The notes under the pieces were generated by a model. It did no database searches, was not told where the DNA came from, and saw only the letters and a list, made by a program, of their open reading frames with translations. Of a stretch of DNA of 64,000 nt, positions 58,667 to 64,000 are shown one piece after another (the first letter of the stretch is position 1; each line of letters opens with the position of its first letter). Made by a program: the position numbers and the translations under genes. This stretch comes from Pseudomonadota bacterium (GTDB lineage: Archaea; Thermoplasmatota; SW-10-69-26; JACQPN01; JAJPHT01). The DNA is taken from assembly GCA_021325135.1 (NCBI GenBank), contig JAJPHT010000046.1, positions 163,885-227,884 on the forward strand, written 5' to 3'.

Positions 58667-60412
58667 ATGCTGCTCACGGTCCTCTACTTCGGCCTCCTGG
58701 GCGTCGTGGCGTTCGGCCTGCGCGCGCCCTTCTCCGCCGCGCGCGTCGCGCGGGCCGCGGCCGGGGGCGTCGTCGTGGGCGCGATCCTCGCGTACTTCAA
58801 CGCGTACCCGGGGAGCCTCCGCGGCGCGCTGGGCCTCCTCGCCGCCGCGCTGATCCTCTCGGGGCTGCGCAACCTGGGCGCCATCCGGCGCGGCGCCCCC
58901 TTCTCGCGCCCGCTCGTGCCGCGCCTGCCCCTCGCGGGCGCCGCGCTGGTGGTCCTCCTGGTGGGCGCGGCGCTCTTCCCGTACACGTCGTGGGGCGCCT
59001 CCAGCGTGAGCGAGCGGGTCTACGACGACCTCAACGCCAACCAGACCAAGGCCGCCGCGCCCGCGCTCCCCGCCTCGGCGTTCGCGGACGTGCGCGTCGT
59101 GCCCTGGGACCTGGCCAGCCAACTGCTCCAGCGCGGCTACGGCGCGGACGCCAGCTTCCTGGACACGAACCCGGACACGCTCCAGCGCAACACGTTCCCC
59201 GACTCCGTGAACGGCGAGTTCCTCTGGGTCCATGCCCCCGCCCCCGAGACGGCGAAGTGGCTCTTCGGCGGCCGGCTCGCGGACAAGGTGCTCTACGTGC
59301 GCAACGACGCCAACGACCTCTCCACCCACGAGATCAACGGCACCCTCAACGCGCACATCGACGGCATCTGGTGGCAGCACCGCATCGCGCGCTACGCCGA
59401 GGACGCGGGCGAGTTCCGCTACGCGCTCCAGGACGTCACGCTCCAGCTTGACGACGGCTATCATCCGTACTGGATCGGCTACCTCGTGACCATCGACCTG
59501 CGCGACCAGGTCCACCTGGCGAAGCTCCTGGTGGTGGACGCCAACACGGGCGCCGAGACGGACTACGCGCCCGACGCCGCGCCCGCGTGGATCGAGCAGG
59601 TCTACCCCGAGAGCTACGTCTTCGGCTGGGCGCAGTACTGGGGCCTCCACCGCGAGGGGCTCCTCTACCGCTGGTTCAACGCCAACCGCCTGGTGGAGCC
59701 CGACGACGTGACGGTGCGCTACATCCGCCTGGAGAACCAGACGTACTGGCTTCTCCCCATGCGCCAACTGGGCAGCAGCCAGCTTGGCGGCTACGTCCTG
59801 GTCAACACGCGCACGGGGCACGCGACGTTCTACGACCGCTTCGACGCGACGCTCATCGACTACGACACCGCGCTCGCGCAATTGGAAGCCATCATGGCCT
59901 CGGGCGCGGCGACGCAGGGCGCGGGCGCCATCCAGCTGGTCATCAGCGAGGGCTACCTCTACCCCGTCCAGATGGCGGACGGCCGGGTGCGGGACGCCTA
60001 CGTCTTCCCGCTCCTGGAAGGGCTCAAGGTGAGCCGCTTCGCCGTCATCGACGCGCACGACTACACGACGAAGCGCGTCTTCGGCACCAGCATGGAGGAC
60101 GCGCTGCGCGCCTTCGCCCAGGAGACGGAAGCGGCCACCGGAAACGCCACGCAGGCCGAAGCGCAGGCGGTCCGCCTCGTGGACGGCACGGTGGAGAGCG
60201 GCAAGGCCGTCGTGGACTTCAACGGGACGTACTACTCCGTGACGTCGCAGGAACTCGCGGGCGGCGCGCGCCACGAGCCCGAGCGCGAGATGGACGAGCT
60301 GACCCTCGCCATCAGCCGCGCCAACCGCGGCCAGGACGTGACGCTGGACGTGCTCGTGGAGGGGGGCCGCGTCGTGGACGTGACGTACCCCGACGTGCAT
60401 TGGGGCGGGTAG
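58667..60412 (+). CDS. Membrane-anchored hypothetical protein with large extracytoplasmic domain
   Basis: Four N-terminal TM helices, then ~450-aa aromatic-rich beta region (LDDGYHPYW, PAWIEQVYPE). Confidence 0.8.
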   Translation: MLLTVLYFGLLGVVAFGLRAPFSAARVARAAAGGVVVGAILAYFNAYPGSLRGALGLLAAALILSGLRNLGAIRRGAPFSRPLVPRLPLAGAALVVLLVGAALFPYTSWGASSVSERVYDDLNANQTKAAAPALPASAFADVRVVPWDLASQLLQRGYGADASFLDTNPDTLQRNTFPDSVNGEFLWVHAPAPETAKWLFGGRLADKVLYVRNDANDLSTHEINGTLNAHIDGIWWQHRIARYAEDAGEFRYALQDVTLQLDDGYHPYWIGYLVTIDLRDQVHLAKLLVVDANTGAETDYAPDAAPAWIEQVYPESYVFGWAQYWGLHREGLLYRWFNANRLVEPDDVTVRYIRLENQTYWLLPMRQLGSSQLGGYVLVNTRTGHATFYDRFDATLIDYDTALAQLEAIMASGAATQGAGAIQLVISEGYLYPVQMADGRVRDAYVFPLLEGLKVSRFAVIDAHDYTTKRVFGTSMEDALRAFAQETEAATGNATQAEAQAVRLVDGTVESGKAVVDFNGTYYSVTSQELAGGARHEPEREMDELTLAISRANRGQDVTLDVLVEGGRVVDVTYPDVHWGG

Positions 60413-60416
60413 GCGT

Positions 60417-60569
60417 TCGTTGACGCCGCGCCGCAGCGCGGCGAAATGGGGGGTTTCAGGGGGGCTCGCCCCCCTGACGTTTCGTTTCTCTGATCCGACG
60501 ACTTCACGTCAGGGGGCTTCGCCCCTTGAAACCCCCTTGGGTCGCCGCGCTGCGGCGCGGCGTAGACGA
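60417..60569. repeat. ~150-bp nested inverted-repeat element (REP/MITE-like)
   Basis: 22-bp perfect terminal arms (60423-60444 / 60542-60563) enclosing two inverted GGGGGC-n-GCCCC hairpins. Confidence 0.85.
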
Positions 60570-60661
60570 CGAGCACACCGAGCTAGAAAAAAGCCCGCGA
60601 GAAAGGACATCTCCCCTCCGCGCGTGGCGACGTCCGGGGCCAGGAGGCCCAGGATATCACC

Positions 60662-60982
60662 ATGCGCACCACCACGATTCTCGTCACGCTGAGCCTGTTC
60701 TCGCTGCTCGTCCCCGTCGCGGCCGCCGCGCCCGACCCCACCGCCGGCTGCCCCGCGGGCGTCGTCCCCCTCGCGCAGTGCGTCGTCAACGAGGCCTCCG
60801 GAGAGGCCGGCCGCGACGTCGGCGTCGTCGTCGGCCTCGCGGGCGGCATCGTCGGCAGCATCGTGACCCCCGCCCACGACGCGGTCTGCACGATCCTCTA
60901 CGGCTCGCCCCACACCTGCCCCATCTGGGACACGGTCGTCCGCTTCATCCAGCAGAGCACCGGCGGCATCACCTTCGGCTAA
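60662..60982 (+). CDS. Small secreted 4-Cys protein
   Basis: Signal peptide ending AAA; 4 Cys; AGGAGG upstream. Confidence 0.75.
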   Translation: MRTTTILVTLSLFSLLVPVAAAAPDPTAGCPAGVVPLAQCVVNEASGEAGRDVGVVVGLAGGIVGSIVTPAHDAVCTILYGSPHTCPIWDTVVRFIQQSTGGITFG

Positions 60983-60990
60983 GCCGCTCC

Positions 60991-61025
60991 GGGGCGGCCC
61001 CGCGCCGCCCCCCTTCTTCTTTTTC
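60991..61025 (+). terminator. Hairpin plus T-tract terminator
   Basis: GGGGCGGC-cccgc-GCCGCCCC followed by pyrimidine/T run. Confidence 0.65.
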
Positions 61026-61280
61026 TCAAGGCAGCGGCACGATGATGCCGCAGTTGTGGCTGGGGTCGAAACCCACGCCGTTGCTGTCCACCCACACGCA
61101 GGCGCCGCCCACCACGGGGACGTCGCTTCCGAAGCTCACGTCGGTGACGCACCCGTTGCCGCCCAGGTTCACGAACCCGAGGTTCGGGCAGACCACGTGC
61201 GGCCGGGGGATGTAGCCCAGCGCCGCGGGCGTCGCCAGGACGAGGAAGGTCGCCAGGACAAGGACGGAGATTCCGCGCAT
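61026..61280 (-). CDS. Small secreted 4-Cys peptide
   Basis: MRGISVLVLATFLVLATPAALG signal; ~62-aa mature part with 4 Cys; tail end of the shadow ORF 61026..63977. Confidence 0.7.
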   Translation of the reverse strand: MRGISVLVLATFLVLATPAALGYIPRPHVVCPNLGFVNLGGNGCVTDVSFGSDVPVVGGACVWVDSNGVGFDPSHNCGIIVPLP

Positions 61281-61397
61281 CCGCCAGCCCACTGAGGGGC
61301 CGGCGATAAGGATTCTTGCGCAATTCTTTCTAGAGATGCGCTTGCTTCCTCTGGGGGGTGCGGTTGCTTTTTCTTGGGCTTCTGCCTTGAGGGCCGC

Positions 61398-62912
61398 GTG
61401 CGCGGCGCGCTCCTGGCGGCTCTCCTGCTCCTGGCGCCCCTGGCGCTGGCGGCCCAGCCCGCGCGCGTCGACGTCTCCTCCGCCGACCCCCCGGTCCTTG
61501 CGGGCGCGCTCTCGCTCCAGATGGCCCAGGGCTTCCTGGACCCCGTGCCGGGGCTCGCGGGCGGCGGGGCGCTGCGCGCGTCGTGGAGCGCCGCCCACGG
61601 CTACCTCCTCACCAAGAGCGCCGAGCGCTACACGCCGCTGCGCGTCCACCTGGGCACCACCACGCCCCGCAACGACACCGTCGACCTCGCGGCGGGGAAC
61701 CTCACCGGCCTCGCCTGCGCGGAGCACTGCGTCGTCGCCCTCTTCTGGAGCGGAGGCGACGCTCTGCTCAACTCCTCGTGGGACTCCCAGGGCGCGCCCA
61801 TCGCGCGGCTGGGCGCCACGCGCGTGGTCGCGGCCGGCAACCCCGAAGGCGCCATCGTGGGCGCCGCGCCGGAGGGCTTCCGCCAGGAGATCCCCGCCTC
61901 GTGGGTGGGCGCCTCCATGGCGGCGCGCGTCGAGGGCCGCGCGACGCTCCTCGTCTACAACGCCACCGCGCGCGTGGCGACCTCCCAGGGGGAGCAGACG
62001 TTCGCCACCGGCGAGGCCGACGAGCCCGACTCCGCCGTGGGCACGCGCCACGAGGACCGCATCCTCGTCCTGGACCTGGAGGGCGCGCGCGTCGACGCGC
62101 CCCCGGGCTCCCTGGCCTACGCGCCCTCCGCGGGCTTCTCCCTGGTGGGCTCCCTCCACGTGGAGCGCGCGGAGGGCCGCGCGGAGGAGGGGGGCTTCTC
62201 GCGCCCCGTCCACGACGCCGCGCTTGACGCCACGGGCCGCTTCCAGGGCACCCTCTCCGGCGCGCCCGACGCGGGGCTGGGCCTCGCGCCGCGCCCCGGC
62301 GGCATCCGCCTCTCCTTCTCGGGCGACGCCGACTCCCTCGCCATCGCGGGCTCGCAGGTGGCCCCCTCCCGCGCGCCCACCACCCGGGAGACCGTGGGCG
62401 GGATCGCGGCGGTGGGCATCCTCGTCGCGCTGGCGGCGCTCTACTCCCGCATCAGCGACGCCGCGGTGCTCCACAACGCGAACCGGCGGCGCCTCCTCGC
62501 CGCGCTCCAGGCCGAGCCCGGCGCCAGCGTGGGCGACCTCAGCCGCAAGGCGGGGCTCTCCGAGGGCGTCGCGCGATATCATCTCCGCATCCTCGCCACG
62601 CGCGGCCTCGCCAGGCTGGAGCGCGCGGGGCGCCTCACGCTCGTCTACCCGGGCCGGCCCGACGGCGCGCGCACCGCGACGGACCGCACGCTGCGCGGCG
62701 CGCGCCGCCTGGACGTCGCGCAGCGCCTCGTGGAGGCGCCCCAAGGGCTCACGCAGCAGGACCTCGCGGCCCTGACGGGCCTCTCGCAGCGCCTCGTGTC
62801 GTACCACCTGGGCGCGCTGCGCGACGCGGGGCTCGTGGAGGCCAGCGGCCACCCGCTGCGTTACGCCCCCACGCCGGAGCTTCTGGACAACGCGGGTCGC
62901 AGAACGCTTTAG
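61398..62912 (+). CDS. Membrane-tethered transcription regulator: extracellular beta domain, one TM helix, cytoplasmic tandem wHTH
   Basis: Signal peptide, TM VGGIAAVGILVALAAL, then L.N.NRRRL....EPG...RYHL..L and GLTQQDLA..TGLSQRLVSYHL. Confidence 0.82.
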   Translation: MRGALLAALLLLAPLALAAQPARVDVSSADPPVLAGALSLQMAQGFLDPVPGLAGGGALRASWSAAHGYLLTKSAERYTPLRVHLGTTTPRNDTVDLAAGNLTGLACAEHCVVALFWSGGDALLNSSWDSQGAPIARLGATRVVAAGNPEGAIVGAAPEGFRQEIPASWVGASMAARVEGRATLLVYNATARVATSQGEQTFATGEADEPDSAVGTRHEDRILVLDLEGARVDAPPGSLAYAPSAGFSLVGSLHVERAEGRAEEGGFSRPVHDAALDATGRFQGTLSGAPDAGLGLAPRPGGIRLSFSGDADSLAIAGSQVAPSRAPTTRETVGGIAAVGILVALAALYSRISDAAVLHNANRRRLLAALQAEPGASVGDLSRKAGLSEGVARYHLRILATRGLARLERAGRLTLVYPGRPDGARTATDRTLRGARRLDVAQRLVEAPQGLTQQDLAALTGLSQRLVSYHLGALRDAGLVEASGHPLRYAPTPELLDNAGRRTL

Positions 62913-62936
62913 GACCCCCGCGGGCCTGGGCCCCCG

Positions 62937-64000
62937 ATGCTGCGCCCCTTCGCCCTGGCCCTCGTGATGCTGGGCTCCGTCGCCGCGGGCTGCCTCGCGC
63001 CCTCCGACCTCGACGCCGCCCGCCACCAGGGCGCGGCCTCCACGGCGCTCTTCGACCTCAACCTCACCAAGGCCGAGCGCCTCCCCTTCGCCGCCAAGGA
63101 CGGCACGAAGCTGGACGTCGCCGCGTGGAGGCCCGTCGCCAACGGCAGCGCGGACGCGAAGTTCCCCGTCCTCGTGGACATCGGCCCGTACTACGGCAAC
63201 GCGGGCGGCGACATGATGACGCTCTCCGGCTTCGACCAGCGCACGGTGCAATACTTCGTCCCCCGCGGCTACGCCTTCGCCCGCGTCTCCGTGCGCGGCA
63301 CCGGCCTCTCCGAAGGGTGCTTCGACCTGGGCGGCGCCACCGAGCAGCAGGACATCCACGACGTGGTGGAGTTCCTCGCCAAGGAGCCGTGGAGCACGGG
63401 CTCCGTCGCCGTCATCGGCAAGTCCTACGACGGCACCACACCCTGGCAGGCCGCCATCACGCAGCCCAAGGGGCTCAAGACCATCGTGCCCATCAGCGGC
63501 ATCACCGACATGTACCGCTACACGTTCCACGACGGCACCACGTACCCCGAGAACCTGGGCTTCGAGACGTACTACAACCTCCTCGTGGACGAGGACGTCG
63601 ACCCCTTCACGCCCACCGTGTACGCGGGCCCGCAGGACGCGCAGCAGAACGCCGCGCGCACCTGCTGGCAGGACAACGCCGACCAGAGCGCGCAGGGCGC
63701 CATCACCATCGGGAACGGCGACCACGGCACCGCCTTCTGGAAGGAGCGCGACTACGAGCTCTCCTGGAGCAAGGTCCAGGTCCCCGTCTTCATGGTCCAC
63801 GGCCTCCACGACTGGAACGTCAAGCCCGACAACGCCGTCCCCCTCTACAACAACCTCACCGTCCCCAAGATGGCCTGGCTGGGCCAGTGGGAGCACAACT
63901 ACCCCGACGTGAACACCTACAAGCCCGAGTGGAGCCGCCACGACTGGAACGAGACGCTGCTCACCTGGTTCGACCACTGGCTCAAGGGCGTCGACAACAA
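62937..64000 (+). CDS. CocE/NonD family hydrolase (peptidase S15/Xaa-Pro dipeptidyl-peptidase-like) lipoprotein, 3'-truncated
   Basis: Not in ORF track (no stop in window); AAGC lipobox, RGTG.SEGC, nucleophile GKSYDG, HGLHDWNVKP, GQWEH. Confidence 0.88.
   Translation, partial: MLRPFALALVMLGSVAAGCLAPSDLDAARHQGAASTALFDLNLTKAERLPFAAKDGTKLDVAAWRPVANGSADAKFPVLVDIGPYYGNAGGDMMTLSGFDQRTVQYFVPRGYAFARVSVRGTGLSEGCFDLGGATEQQDIHDVVEFLAKEPWSTGSVAVIGKSYDGTTPWQAAITQPKGLKTIVPISGITDMYRYTFHDGTTYPENLGFETYYNLLVDEDVDPFTPTVYAGPQDAQQNAARTCWQDNADQSAQGAITIGNGDHGTAFWKERDYELSWSKVQVPVFMVHGLHDWNVKPDNAVPLYNNLTVPKMAWLGQWEHNYPDVNTYKPEWSRHDWNETLLTWFDHWLKGVDN

Overview
High-GC archaeal chromosomal segment. MCM, aIF5B, ATP-dependent DNA ligase, a DacZ-type diadenylate cyclase and TATA-like boxes about 25-30 nt before many start codons all indicate an archaeon; a Thermoplasmatota-like lineage is an inference. 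About 65 genes are supportable. Most long ORFs in the supplied track are antisense or off-frame shadows caused by high GC. Housekeeping genes (lig, mcm, infB, asnS, DEAD-box helicase, acyl-CoA metabolism, LeuC/HacA-type subunit) are interleaved with many secreted, lipoprotein and membrane hypotheticals. No CRISPR array, tRNA, rRNA, transposase or integrase was recognised. Best leads: (1) a solitary 1444-aa putative nuclease-STAND NTPase with about 17 unusual ~40-aa Trp-rich repeats (Avs/NLR-like defence candidate); (2) a tandem array of five paralogous secreted 4-Cys microproteins; (3) a double-wHTH/degenerate class II aldolase fusion, followed by a divergent class II LysRS coupled to a Trbp/CsaA-like protein; (4) ORB-like repeats upstream of mcm with no orc1/cdc6 gene in the window; (5) a pair of receiver-Roadblock fusions, one with an Asp-to-Glu pseudo-receiver; (6) several striking non-coding palindromes. 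All calls come from motif recognition by eye; no searches were run.
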